From an uncultured Solirubrobacterales bacterium (GTDB taxonomy: Bacteria > Actinomycetota > Thermoleophilia > Solirubrobacterales > JBBDJG01), in NCBI GenBank assembly GCA_963826005.1, contig CAWGVJ010000014.1, positions 14,017 to 78,016 of the forward strand: a DNA stretch of 64,000 nt, read 5' to 3'. Below are positions 46,326 through 55,223 of this stretch, piece after piece. Made by a program: the position numbers and the translations under genes. The notes beneath the pieces are model-generated. The model worked only from the letters and a program-made list of their open reading frames with translations, was not told the origin of the DNA and ran no database searches. Position 1 is the first letter of the stretch. Every line of letters starts with the position of its first letter.

Positions 46326-46451
46326 ATCAACGCCTCGCGCGGCGTACTGGCCCTGAAAGCCGAACCCTCGGACGGGAATTCAGCCCCGCTAGAGCGGATT
46401 ACGGGTGCAGGGCACCGCTAGCGCCCCGCCTAGCACGGTCCGGTGCGAACT

Positions 46452-46916
46452 CTAGCGCTCACGGGCCTGCGCCCGCAGGCTCTTGATGCTGCGTTGCAGT
46501 ACGTGGTACGCGACTGTGTAGATGATCAGGGCGTTCACTACGTGGATCGCCTGGACGTAGCCGTCGTTTGCTTCGGGGAGGCTGAACTGGATCGTGGTGA
46601 TCACGAACAGCGTGATCACGAGCGTCAGGTCGACGCGGTTGCGGCGCACCAGCAGCGCGATGATTATCAGCAGCAGCCCCCACAGGTGGAAGACGCCGCC
46701 GAAGTCCTTGTGCGCCTTGAAGCTCTCGGCGCCGAAGACGCCGAGCCCGGCGAGGAAGAACTGCACGAACACCGACAGGATGAACAGCGCCGCGACCACC
46801 ACGTAGGCGATCCCGGCGCCGCGCCGCCAGCCCGTGCCGGGATCGGGGGCGGCGGCCGGCGTTGGCGAGGCGGTGGTCATGCGAGGCGGCACCCTATCCA
46901 GTCCACCGGGCGGCAA
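46452..46916 (-). CDS. small integral membrane protein (about 4 TM), uncharacterised
   Basis: 154-aa ORF. IAYVVVAALFILSVFVQFFLAGLGVF, HLWGLLLIIIALLV and others. A start at MTTASP (46880) is also possible. Confidence 0.55.
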   Translation of the reverse strand: MPPGGLDRVPPRMTTASPTPAAAPDPGTGWRRGAGIAYVVVAALFILSVFVQFFLAGLGVFGAESFKAHKDFGGVFHLWGLLLIIIALLVRRNRVDLTLVITLFVITTIQFSLPEANDGYVQAIHVVNALIIYTVAYHVLQRSIKSLRAQARER

Positions 46917-47001
46917 TCTGCCGCAGTTGCCCCGACCGTGACTGCGCGATTAGGGTGTACTCACGAGCACCGGAGGCAAATCACACACGGGGAAGCAACC
47001 C

Positions 47002-49659
47002 TGGCAGGCATGGATCGCCGTCCTGGGGGTCTGCGCAGCGCTGGCGCTGGCACCTGCGCTCGGTCACAGCGAGGCCGGCTCGCCGCGCGCCCCCCACGCG
47101 GGCACGGCGGACACGCCCGCCGGGGAGCGGTGGCTGCGCGACGTCGAGACGCGCACGCTCGGACCGGAGCACGCAGCCGAGCACGCGCGCATGCGTGAGC
47201 TCGCAAGGCAGGAGGCCGCGGCCGACAAGGGATCCGGCTCCGCGTCCGCCGCGGCGAACGAGGGCGGCGCGACCAGCGGGCCCATCCGGACCGCGGCCGT
47301 CAGCACCGATCCCGCGCAGGTCGGCCAGTGGACGCCCAAGTTCGCGATTCCCGGCGTGGCCGTGCACGCGGTGATGCTGCACACCGGCAAGATCCTCTAC
47401 TTCACCGGCACCACTTCCGGCCGCGCGTACCTGCTCGACCCGGTCACGAAGACCACGCGGTCGGTGTACCCGCCGAAGATCCCGGGCGGCGAGGACGAGC
47501 CCGCCAACCTCTTCTGCGCGGGCCAGTCGTTCCTCGACGACGGCACCGTGATCGTGATGGGCGGCACCGTCGGGCGCCGGGAGGGACTCAAGACCATCTT
47601 CCTGTTCGACCCGGTGACCGAGACCTGGCGGCAGGGAGCGAACATGCAGCACGGGCGCTGGTACCCGACGCAGGTGCTGCTCGCGGACGGGCGCACGGTC
47701 GTGATGGACGGCCTCGACGAGCGCGGCGAGCCGCACGTCAACTCGCAGATCGAGAGCTACACGCCCGACCTCGACTTCGTGACGATGCTGAGCGTGCGCG
47801 GCCAGGCGGACCATCCCCCGGCGGGCGGTCTGTACCCGCACATGTTCCAGATGCCGAGCGGGCGAGTGCTGGTCGCGGGACCGACGCCGAGCGACAGCTG
47901 GTTCTTCCGGGTGAGCAACATCGGGTCGCTGTCGTGGGAGGACGCGCCCGACCCGGTGCGCCACACGTTCGGGAGCGGCGTCCTGCTGCCGGGCACGCCG
48001 AGCGGCTCGACACGGGTCGCGCTGATCGGCGGCGTCGACCGTGACGCTCTGCCCGACACGGGCACCTCTATTCCGCTGCCCATCGTGCAGACGTTCGACG
48101 AGGCCAACCCGTCCGCGGGCTGGGCCACCGCACCGCCGCTCAACTACGGGCGGGCGCACCACAACACCGTCGAGCTGCCGGATCGCTCGATGGTCACGGT
48201 GGGCGGCGGCTACGGGATCCTGAACGGCAACCGGCGCGCAGGCGACCCGGCGATACACCGCAACATCGAGATCTACGACCCGGCGAGCGAGCAGTGGACC
48301 CTCGGTCCCGCGCAGGACGAGCTGCGGACCTATCACTCCACCGCGCTGCTGCTGCCGGACGCGCGCGTGCTGTCCGCCGGCGACGACGGCTACGGCGGCA
48401 GCACCAACGACACCGCGGAGATCTACGAGCCGCCCTACCTGTTCCGCGGCGCCCGCCCGACGATCCAGTCGGCGCCGGACTCGATCGAGTACGGCCAGTC
48501 CTTCACGGTCGACACGTCGACCGACGCGACCAAGGCCGTGCTGATGGCGCCCGCGGCCGTCACCCACGCGAACGACATGAGCCAGCGCAACGTGCCGCTG
48601 ACCGCCACCGTCGGACCCGCGGGAAGGCTGACCGTGACGGCGCCGGCGAGTCCCGATCTCGCTCCCCCCACCTACTACATGCTGTTCGTGCTGAACGACA
48701 ACGGCGTCCCGTCGGTGGCGAGGTTCCTGCGCCTGAAGTTCGGCGCCGGCAACGGCCCGCCGAACACGGTGATCGACTCGGGTCCGCCGTCCGTCACGCA
48801 GTCGAAGTCGGCGACGTTCCGCTTCCGCTCGACCGAGCAGGGCTCGACGTTGCGCTGCAAGCTGGACGGTGGGACCTCGGCCCCGTGCGCCTCGCCCTGG
48901 CCGCTCTCCAACCTGTCCGCGGGGCCGCACACGTTCGAAGTCACGGCGATCGACGCGGGCGACAACGCGGACCCGACTCCGGCCACGCACGGCTGGACGG
49001 TCGACCCGTCCGTCCCCGACACCACGCCGCCGGAAACCACGATCACGTACGGCCCGGTGTCGACGACCGCGAACACGGCGCGGTTCGAGTTCGCCTCGAG
49101 CGAGCCGGGGTCCGGCTTCTCCTGCCGGCTCGATGCCGGCGCCTGGGGTACCTGCTACTTCCCCACCCACTACTCGGCGCTGGCCGTCGGCTCCCACACA
49201 TTCTCCGTGCGCGCCACGGATCTCGCGGGCAACGTCGACCCGAACCCGGCCACCTGGAACTGGGAGGTCCTTGCGGCCGGAACAACCGCCCTCGCCGTGG
49301 CTCCAACTGCCGCGGGCCTCGCCGACTCGACGTCGCCGGCGGTCAACCTGCGGGTGAAGCGCAAGCGCGGGCGCGTCGTGCTGGAGGTCAACTGCTTCAC
49401 GGAGGCCTGCACCGCGACCGCCTCGGGGCGGATCGTCGTGTCGGGCGCGGCGCGGGGGTTCAAGCTACGGCCGGCGTCCGCGCAGATCGCAAAGGGCGGC
49501 CGCGCGAAGCTCGAGCTGCGCTTCCCGAAGAGGGTCTCCCGCACGGTCCGTCGCGCGTTGGGCAGGCGCCAGAAGGTTCGGGTCAGGATCGTCGTGACTG
49601 CACGGGACCTGGCCGGCAACGCGACCACCGCACGGCGCAGCTTCAGGCTCATTCGCTGA
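47002..49659 (+). CDS. secreted galactose-oxidase/glyoxal-oxidase-like protein (Kelch propeller + DUF1929-like domain + C-terminal Ig-like repeats)
   Basis: ORF 47191..49659 extends in frame upstream through a signal-like WQAWIAVLGVCAALALAPALGHS with no canonical start. An out-of-frame ATG at 47010 suggests one indel. Motifs FCAGQSFLDDGTVIVMGG, RWYPTQVLLADGRTVV, YHSTALLLPDARVLSAGDD, THANDMSQR, YYMLFVLNDNGVPS. Confidence 0.8.
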   Translation, partial: WQAWIAVLGVCAALALAPALGHSEAGSPRAPHAGTADTPAGERWLRDVETRTLGPEHAAEHARMRELARQEAAADKGSGSASAAANEGGATSGPIRTAAVSTDPAQVGQWTPKFAIPGVAVHAVMLHTGKILYFTGTTSGRAYLLDPVTKTTRSVYPPKIPGGEDEPANLFCAGQSFLDDGTVIVMGGTVGRREGLKTIFLFDPVTETWRQGANMQHGRWYPTQVLLADGRTVVMDGLDERGEPHVNSQIESYTPDLDFVTMLSVRGQADHPPAGGLYPHMFQMPSGRVLVAGPTPSDSWFFRVSNIGSLSWEDAPDPVRHTFGSGVLLPGTPSGSTRVALIGGVDRDALPDTGTSIPLPIVQTFDEANPSAGWATAPPLNYGRAHHNTVELPDRSMVTVGGGYGILNGNRRAGDPAIHRNIEIYDPASEQWTLGPAQDELRTYHSTALLLPDARVLSAGDDGYGGSTNDTAEIYEPPYLFRGARPTIQSAPDSIEYGQSFTVDTSTDATKAVLMAPAAVTHANDMSQRNVPLTATVGPAGRLTVTAPASPDLAPPTYYMLFVLNDNGVPSVARFLRLKFGAGNGPPNTVIDSGPPSVTQSKSATFRFRSTEQGSTLRCKLDGGTSAPCASPWPLSNLSAGPHTFEVTAIDAGDNADPTPATHGWTVDPSVPDTTPPETTITYGPVSTTANTARFEFASSEPGSGFSCRLDAGAWGTCYFPTHYSALAVGSHTFSVRATDLAGNVDPNPATWNWEVLAAGTTALAVAPTAAGLADSTSPAVNLRVKRKRGRVVLEVNCFTEACTATASGRIVVSGAARGFKLRPASAQIAKGGRAKLELRFPKRVSRTVRRALGRRQKVRVRIVVTARDLAGNATTARRSFRLIR

Positions 49660-49920
49660 AGATGTCAACTCCTAAATAGGGCGGCCGCGGCGTACACGTC
49701 GCTTGAAAGGTTCTCGCTCGCGGGCGTTATCCATTTGCGTTCGAGTCCTTCCATGACGAGCCTCGACAAACGAGGGGCCCAACCCGTGCCGTCCTTCGGG
49801 GAGGAGGTTAAAGGCCGGCGAATGGTCCCATTGCATGTCGCGACCGCTCGATCACCATACTCCCGCAATCCGGATAAGGGAAGGGCGACACGCCATTCCG
49901 GTTCTAGAATCCCCGTTCCC

Positions 49921-49992
49921 GGGCGCGTAGCTCAGCGGGAGAGCGCTCGCTTCACACGCGAGAGGTCGCTGGTTCGATCCCAGCCGCGCCCA
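49921..49992 (+). tRNA. tRNA-Val (anticodon CAC)
   Basis: Hand-folded cloverleaf: acceptor GGGCGCG/CGCGCCC, D arm GCTC-AGCGGGA-GAGC, anticodon arm CTCGC-TTCACAC-GCGAG, variable AGGTC, T arm GCTGG-TTCGATC-CCAGC, discriminator A. CCA is not encoded. Confidence 0.95.
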
Positions 49993-50006
49993 TCGACGAC
50001 GATGCC

Positions 50007-50435
50007 TCAGGAGGAGTCGGCGTGAGCGTCTTGCTCCGACAGCCCCACGGCTTCGAGGGCTTCCGAGCGCTCGCGGAACACCGCGACCCGAACGATCTTG
50101 TTCTGCCGAATCCAGACCGCGTTGTAGGAACGCCTCGTTACCTCGACTCCGCTGCGCCGACCGACCCCTCGGTGATCGACAGCCGCGACCACCGCCTCAT
50201 TGACCGGGATCAGCTCGACAACGTCGAGTCGATAGTTCGGAGCAAAGGTGCGAAACCAGCTTCCGAACCACTCGCCTACGGCGTCGGCTCCACGGTAGAC
50301 GCCTGGATCGACTGCCACGTCCTCCGACACGACGAGCTCGATGCTCGGGTCGAAACTTTGCATGGCCACGTTGAATCTCCGAGCGTTGGTGTTCTCGAAA
50401 TGCTCGCGCACGATCTCCACGTTCTCCTGCGACAT
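50007..50435 (-). CDS. NTF2/SnoaL-like cassette A (intact, 142 aa)
   Basis: MSQENVEIVREHFENTNARRF...RSEALEAVGLSEQDAHADSS. The stop lies 14 nt after the tRNA-Val 3' end. Confidence 0.8.
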   Translation of the reverse strand: MSQENVEIVREHFENTNARRFNVAMQSFDPSIELVVSEDVAVDPGVYRGADAVGEWFGSWFRTFAPNYRLDVVELIPVNEAVVAAVDHRGVGRRSGVEVTRRSYNAVWIRQNKIVRVAVFRERSEALEAVGLSEQDAHADSS

Positions 50436-50438
50436 CGC

Positions 50439-50834
50439 CTACTCCAAGAGCCCGAGGGCTTCGAGGGCTTCGTCCCTGGCCCAGAAGGCCTGACGCCTCG
50501 TGATTAGGCCCTCCGCGAACCCGACCACCCACCAGTCGCGGAGCTCGGCGGGCAAGCCGCTGCCTTTACCGCGCCCGGTGCGAACGAATGCAACCAGGAG
50601 CCGGTCATCACCCAAGTCCGTTATCTCCCCGACCTCGATGCGGATGTCCTCGATGACGTCGAATAACTCCGCGACCCACTCGCGCACCTCCGCCCGTCCG
50701 CGGTACACATCTCTAAACCCGGGGAAGGGGGAGCTGCTCCGGGACTCCCATACGACGTCAGGGCTGAGAAAAGCCACGAAGGCATCGAAGTCGCGGCGGT
50801 TGACAGCGTCGGTCGCTTCACGTAGTAGCTCCAC
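50439..50834 (-). CDS. NTF2/SnoaL-like cassette B (131 aa from GTG; canonical ATG replaced by ATT)
   Basis: In-frame ISEQN-VELLREATDAVNRRDFDAF...RDEALEALGLLE. The TAG stop is 3 nt before the cassette A ATG (J2). Confidence 0.7.
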   Translation of the reverse strand: MELLREATDAVNRRDFDAFVAFLSPDVVWESRSSSPFPGFRDVYRGRAEVREWVAELFDVIEDIRIEVGEITDLGDDRLLVAFVRTGRGKGSGLPAELRDWWVVGFAEGLITRRQAFWARDEALEALGLLE

Positions 50835-50928
50835 GTTTTGCTCAGAAATACGCCTTCACCCGGCCCTCAAATGGCTATTTCATGGGTCGCGTGTGACGAC
50901 GCCGTCGTCATGGTCTCTCCTGCGACAT
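50835..50928 (-). pseudogene. truncated cassette remnant (start module only)
   Basis: The J1 start half gives ATG at 50928 and MSQERP-stop, then about 70 nt of unrelated filler before cassette B. Confidence 0.6.
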
Positions 50929-50951
50929 CGCCCGCGCAGTATCCCGCAGGC

Positions 50952-51367
50952 TCAGGAGTCGGCGTGAGCGTCTTGCTCCGACAGTCCCACGGCTTCGAGG
51001 GCTTCGTTGTGTTCGCGAAAGATTCGGATGCGCCTGATCTTGCCCTCGGCAAAGTCATAGACATTTGCGCTATGCAGGTCAACGGCCAGGCCGCTGGTTC
51101 GCCCAGTCGCGGTGGCGTGCAGAAAGGCGAGGACTTGGGTCCCGCCATCGCCTCCAAGCGTTTGATCTCGACTCGGAAGTCGAGAGCGAGTCCTCAACGT
51201 CGCCCAGAACCGCCGAATAGCGCCCTGTCCGTGGTACAGGCCCCCGATCGCCGCCCACGGCGTTCGCAACTCGAAGTCTCGGTGCAGCAGCTGAGATAGC
51301 GGTCGAGGTCCCGCTCATTGAGCGCCGCAACAGCTCGCTCCACAAGTTCCACGTTCTCTTGCGACAT
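50952..51367 (-). pseudogene. NTF2/SnoaL-like cassette D, frame-disrupted
   Basis: MSQENVELVERAVAALNERDLDRYLSCCTE, then a shift to ..TPWAAIGGLYHGQGAIRRFW...VYDFAEGKIRRIRIFREHNEALEAVGLSEQDAHADS. 416 nt. Confidence 0.65.
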
Positions 51368-51390
51368 CGCCCGCGCAGTATCCCGCAGCG

Positions 51391-51812
51391 TCAGGAGTCG
51401 GCGTGAGCGTCTTGCTCGGACAGCCCCACGGCTTCGAGGGCCTCGGCCCTGCTTGTGAATCCCTGGCCCCGCATGAGCCTGCCGTCTCGCACCGCAACTA
51501 CGTGCCAGATGTGCCAGCTGACATCCACGCCGCTCTGCTTGCCACGGCCCCGCATGGTCACAGAGACGAGCAGCTGATCGCCCGCCTCGATGATCTCGTG
51601 GACCTCGATGTGGGGCTCGTCGAACTCTTCCCTGAACCAGCTTAGGAACCGCCTGAGTCCCTCATGCCCCCGTACGCACCCGCGAAGCCGGGGATCGTCC
51701 CCGTTGAGAGGTACTCGGCATCTGGAGCGATGTCCGCAACCACGGCGTCGAGATCGCCCCGGTTGAACGCCTCGTAGACTCGCTGCACCACCTCCACGTT
51801 CTCCTGCGACAT
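51391..51812 (-). pseudogene. NTF2/SnoaL-like cassette E, one frame change near 51670
   Basis: MSQENVEVVQRVYEAFNRGDLDAVVADIAPDAEY..., then ...FLSWFREEFDEPHIEVHEIIEAGDQLLVSVTMRGRGKQSG...AEALEAVGLSEQDAHADS. 422 nt. Confidence 0.65.
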
Positions 51813-51816
51813 CGCC

Positions 51817-52218
51817 TTACTCCGACAGCCCGGCGGCTTCCAGGGTCTCTTCGCGGGTTGCGAAGGACTGGATGCGCACGAACTTGCTCGCGCGAAGCGT
51901 GTACAAGACGGCCCAACGCCGCTCAAACGGCGCACCGCTTCCCCTCCCGTGTCCTCGCTCGTGATGGACGACGAGGACCCGATCCTCACCGGCGTCGACG
52001 ATCTCGATCGGCTCCAGCGAGTACTCGTCCCAAGTGCCCCAGTAATCGCGGTAGTAGTCGACCACGGCGCTCTTGCCATGCATGTGCTCGGGGTGGTCGG
52101 GGAAGAGCGAGGACAGCGAAGCGTCGAGCTCGACCTCCTCGTCGAGCACATCGAAGAACCCGCTCGGATCGCCCGATCGGTAGATGCTCCGCACGATCTC
52201 CACGTTCTCCTGCGACAT
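51817..52218 (-). CDS. NTF2/SnoaL-like cassette F (intact, 133 aa)
   Basis: MSQENVEIVRSIYRSGDPSGFFDVL...TREETLEAAGLSE. TAA, then a 4-nt spacer before the cassette E ATG. Confidence 0.8.
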   Translation of the reverse strand: MSQENVEIVRSIYRSGDPSGFFDVLDEEVELDASLSSLFPDHPEHMHGKSAVVDYYRDYWGTWDEYSLEPIEIVDAGEDRVLVVHHERGHGRGSGAPFERRWAVLYTLRASKFVRIQSFATREETLEAAGLSE

Positions 52219-52241
52219 CGCCCGCGCAGTATCCCGCAGGC

Positions 52242-52657
52242 TCAGGAGTCGGCGTGAGCGTCTTGCTCCGACAGCCCCACGGCTTCGAGGGCCTCGTCGC
52301 TGGTCGTTGTAGAGTCGATCCGCGTGACCTTGCCGTCTCGGATGGTCGAGACCATGGCGTCCCGGCGTTCGACGCTAACGCCGCTACCGCGTCCGATGGC
52401 CCGCATGAGAAAGAGCGAGACCACCTGATCGCCCGCGTCAACGAGGCGCTCCAACTTCATCGCATAGCTCCCGAACGTCTCGCCCCAGTTGGTCAGCCAC
52501 TCCGTGTACCCGGCCAGACCGTGATAGCGTGCCCGCGTCCGGGATGTCGTGGTCGTAGACCTCGATCTCGCGGTCGAATGACGTCCCAGAGAGGCTCGCC
52601 GGTCTCGTCAAAGTGATCGTGGAATCGGCGCGCAATCTCGACGTTCTCCTGCGACAT
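52242..52657 (-). pseudogene. NTF2/SnoaL-like cassette G, at least 2 frame changes
   Basis: MSQENVEIARRFHDHFDETGEPLWDV.., FDREIEVYDHDIPDAGT.., MKLERLVDAGDQVVSLFLMRAIGRGSG...SDEALEAVGLSEQDAHADS. Confidence 0.65.
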
Positions 52658-52680
52658 CGCCCGCGCAGTATCCCGCAGGC

Positions 52681-53097
52681 TCAGGAGTCGGCGTGAGCGT
52701 CTTGCTCCGACAGCCCCACGGCTTCGAGGGCCTCGGCCCGCGTCTCGAAGGTGCGCCACCAGACGCACTTCCCGCGCCGCCACCGGCCCACGTACCAGAC
52801 CGTCTCGTCCAACGGCACGTCGCTACCCGCGCCGTGGCCGCGCAGGTGCAGAGTCGCCACCGTCAGGTCCCCAACGTCGCGGACTTCGCCAACCTCGATG
52901 GTGAAGTCGGGGATGGCGCTGAGCAGGTCGTTCCACCAGCGGCGGACTCCTTCGTGACCGTGATAGCTGCCCTCCATGCGAGCCGCCCGCGGGACGCCCT
53001 CCACGTCATCGTCCGTCAGCGCCAGACTGGCGTCGAGGTCGCGCCGGTTGAAGGCGTCGAAGGCTCGGTAAGTCAGTTCCACGTTCTCCTGCGACAT
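52681..53097 (-). CDS. NTF2/SnoaL-like cassette H (intact module; read through from cassette I)
   Basis: MSQENVELTYRAFDAFNRRDLDASLALTDDDV...MEGSYHGHEGVRRWW...RAEALEAVGLSEQDAHADS. Confidence 0.8.
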   Translation of the reverse strand: MSQENVELTYRAFDAFNRRDLDASLALTDDDVEGVPRAARMEGSYHGHEGVRRWWNDLLSAIPDFTIEVGEVRDVGDLTVATLHLRGHGAGSDVPLDETVWYVGRWRRGKCVWWRTFETRAEALEAVGLSEQDAHADS

Positions 53098-53505
53098 CGC
53101 CCGCTCCGACAGCCCCACGGCTTCGAGGGCCTCGGCTTTGTCGTTGTAGGTCGCTACCCGCACGGCCTTTCCGTCGCGGACGGTCCACACCTGGGTCAGT
53201 TGAGCCTCAACCTCGGCACCACTTCCCTTGCCGCGCGTGTGTACACGCAAGACGACGACAACGCGATCCCCACCTACTTCGATGAAGTCCTCAGGTTCCA
53301 TCCGCACGTATTCCCAGAGTCTCGAAGAATCCGCAAGGAGATTTCGGATGGCTGCACGGCCGTAATACGTTCCGGCGTAGGGGCCAATCGCAGCCGTGAT
53401 GTCGTATTCGGCGTCGGGATGGACATGTTCGAGGAGGGCGTCCAAGCCTGCGCGGCTGAACGCCTCAAGGGCCCGGCGCACAAACTCCACGTTCTCCTGC
53501 GACAT
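53098..53505 (-). CDS. NTF2/SnoaL-like cassette I (intact module lacking a stop, fused in frame to H)
   Basis: MSQENVEFVRRALEAFSRAGLDALLEHVHPDAEY...KAEALEAVGLSE-RA-MSQENVELT. The J2 TAG is replaced by CGG at 53101-53103. Confidence 0.75.
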
Positions 53506-53528
53506 CGCCCGCGCAGTATCCCGCAGGC

Positions 53529-53958
53529 TCAGGAGTCGGCGTGAGCGTCTTGCTCCGACAGCCCCACGGCTTCGAGCGCTGCCGCTCGGTCCTCTCCGAA
53601 GTACGTCCACTCGACGGGCTTGCCGTCTCGGAACGTCGTATACGTTCCAGACGTATGCCTCAACCTCGACGCCGCTCGCCTTCCCCCGACCGCCCGTCCG
53701 GATGAACGCCAGCACCTTGTCGCCTGCGTCGATCAGTTCCTTGGGTTCGCCAACGGGTGCGTCCCCCTTCGCACCAGCTCCATCTCGCGCTTCGAACCAG
53801 GCCCGCGCCTTGTCGCGACCACGCAGAAGCACCGGGTCATGAGCCGCCGCGAGAAGTCGAACGACGGCCTCGGGCGGGATCAGGTCCCAAATCGCCTCGT
53901 CCCCTTGGTCGGCCAACGCGTACATGCGCCGCACGACCTCCACGTTCTCCTGCGACAT
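53529..53958 (-). pseudogene. NTF2/SnoaL-like cassette J, frame change near 53640
   Basis: MSQENVEVVRRMYALADQGDEAIWDLIPPEAVV...ELIDAGDKVLAFIRTGGRGKASGVEVEAYVWNVY, then a shift to ..DRAAALEAVGLSEQDAHADS. Related to the cassette at 63356..63775. Confidence 0.65.
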
Positions 53959-54031
53959 CGCCCGCGCAGTATCCCGCAGGCTTCAGAAGTCGGCGTGAGC
54001 GTCTTGGGACCGCCCTCTAAGCCGTCGCGTC

Positions 54032-54217
54032 TCAATCGCCGTCATGGATGCTCCGAAAAGCAGCCCAGAGACCACACCTTCCAGCAGGCTGAAGGAATCG
54101 TCCCAAAGCACCACCTGGAGGAGTTGCGTAAGGCCTCCAAAGAGGACGGCGTAAGAGAAACAACAGCCAGGGGTGGTCCAACAGGTAGTCGCGCAGGTCC
54201 TTTCGCATCTGCGACAT
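54032..54217 (-). CDS. non-NTF2 61-aa ORF carrying the array start module (MSQ...)
   Basis: MSQMRKDLRDYLLDHPWLLFLLRRPLW.... Preceded by the J1 start half and followed by a degenerate J1 end half (..QDAHADF stop at 53983-53985). Locally lower GC. Coding status is uncertain. Confidence 0.35.
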   Translation of the reverse strand: MSQMRKDLRDYLLDHPWLLFLLRRPLWRPYATPPGGALGRFLQPAGRCGLWAAFRSIHDGD

Positions 54218-54415
54218 CGCCGCGCAGTATCCCGCAGGCTCAGGAGTCGGCGTGACCCGTCCGCTCGAGCCGATCCAGTCGACCCGTGAGGCCTTGCGTA
54301 TTGCGCTTCGGACCGCGTCTCAAGGTCACGAAGGCGGGCCGAATGTCCCGCAGTCTCGGTACGGCCAACGGTCCAGTCGGCTGCCCTAAAAGCACGTCGG
54401 AGGGAGGCCGACTGT

Positions 54416-54712
54416 CTACATGCTGCTCGGCGCCCTCGGTCCCTCTCTGCCCCTGATGACCCAGCGTGCCACGACGAGCACGATGATGACCCCGATGATC
54501 GCGCCGACGATGCCGCCCCAGTCGAACACGTTGGTGTCGCCGATACCGAGACCGACCGTGAAGATCAGGAAACCCATGAGCGCTCCGCCCAGCCCCACGA
54601 GTAGCGACACGCCCCACGATCGCGGGCCAGCCATGTGCTCGAACGGGTCACCAGGCATCAGCACCCTCCCGATCACTCCGGCCACAAAACCGACTAGCAG
54701 CGCTCCGATCAT
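54416..54712 (-). CDS. GlsB/YeaQ/YmgE-family (transglycosylase-associated) small membrane protein
   Basis: Start at ATG 54712 with GGAGGAGGGAG upstream. MIGALLVGFVAGVIGRVLMPG...GLGGALMGFLIF...GGIVGAIIGVIIVLVV. Confidence 0.75.
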   Translation of the reverse strand: MIGALLVGFVAGVIGRVLMPGDPFEHMAGPRSWGVSLLVGLGGALMGFLIFTVGLGIGDTNVFDWGGIVGAIIGVIIVLVVARWVIRGREGPRAPSSM

Positions 54713-54801
54713 TGCGTCTCCCTCCTCCTGCGCGGAGTCCAATCATCGCAGGGCGCCCGTCTCGGACCCAGCGGCGGGCGCGATCTTTCAGAGTCGCAGG
54801 C

Positions 54802-55220
54802 TCAGGAGTCGGCCTGAGCGTCCTGCTCCGACAGGCCTACGGATTCGAGAGCTTCGGCGTGATCTTGGAAGATCTCTTGGTAGAAGATCCTCCGCCTGCG
54901 CCCGTCACGACGTTCGTCATCTCCATGTTCGACTCGGGACCACGGCCTGCGCCGTGCCAGGCGTACCTGAGGACGACTCGGTCGGCAGCGTCAATGAAGT
55001 CGCCGATCGGATGAAGTGTGTCCGTCTCCCAGATCTCGCGGGTCTGCTCGAAGAAGCGCATTACGGCTTCCCGGCCTACGAGGGGCCCCGGTTCCGGCCA
55101 CATGCTGGGAGGCCGCAAGATGACCTCTTTTGGACGGTAAAACGCGCTGAAGGCCTCCATGTCTCCTGCGTTCCACGCAGCGTACGCGGCACGGACGATC
55201 TCCACGTTCTCCTGCGACAT
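54802..55220 (-). pseudogene. NTF2/SnoaL-like cassette K, frame change near 54890
   Basis: MSQENVEIVRAAYAAWNAGDMEAF...WPEPGPLVGREAVMRFFEQTREIWETDTL.... C-terminus ..IFQDHAEALESVGLSEQDAQADS lies in another frame. Confidence 0.65.
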
Positions 55221-55223
55221 CGC

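Noticed and set aside
52681-53958. 425-aa ORF that looks like a three-domain protein
   Set aside because: Only the I-H fusion (53505..52681) is in frame. The link to cassette J arises because a frame change in J bypasses its own TGA at 53529-53531.
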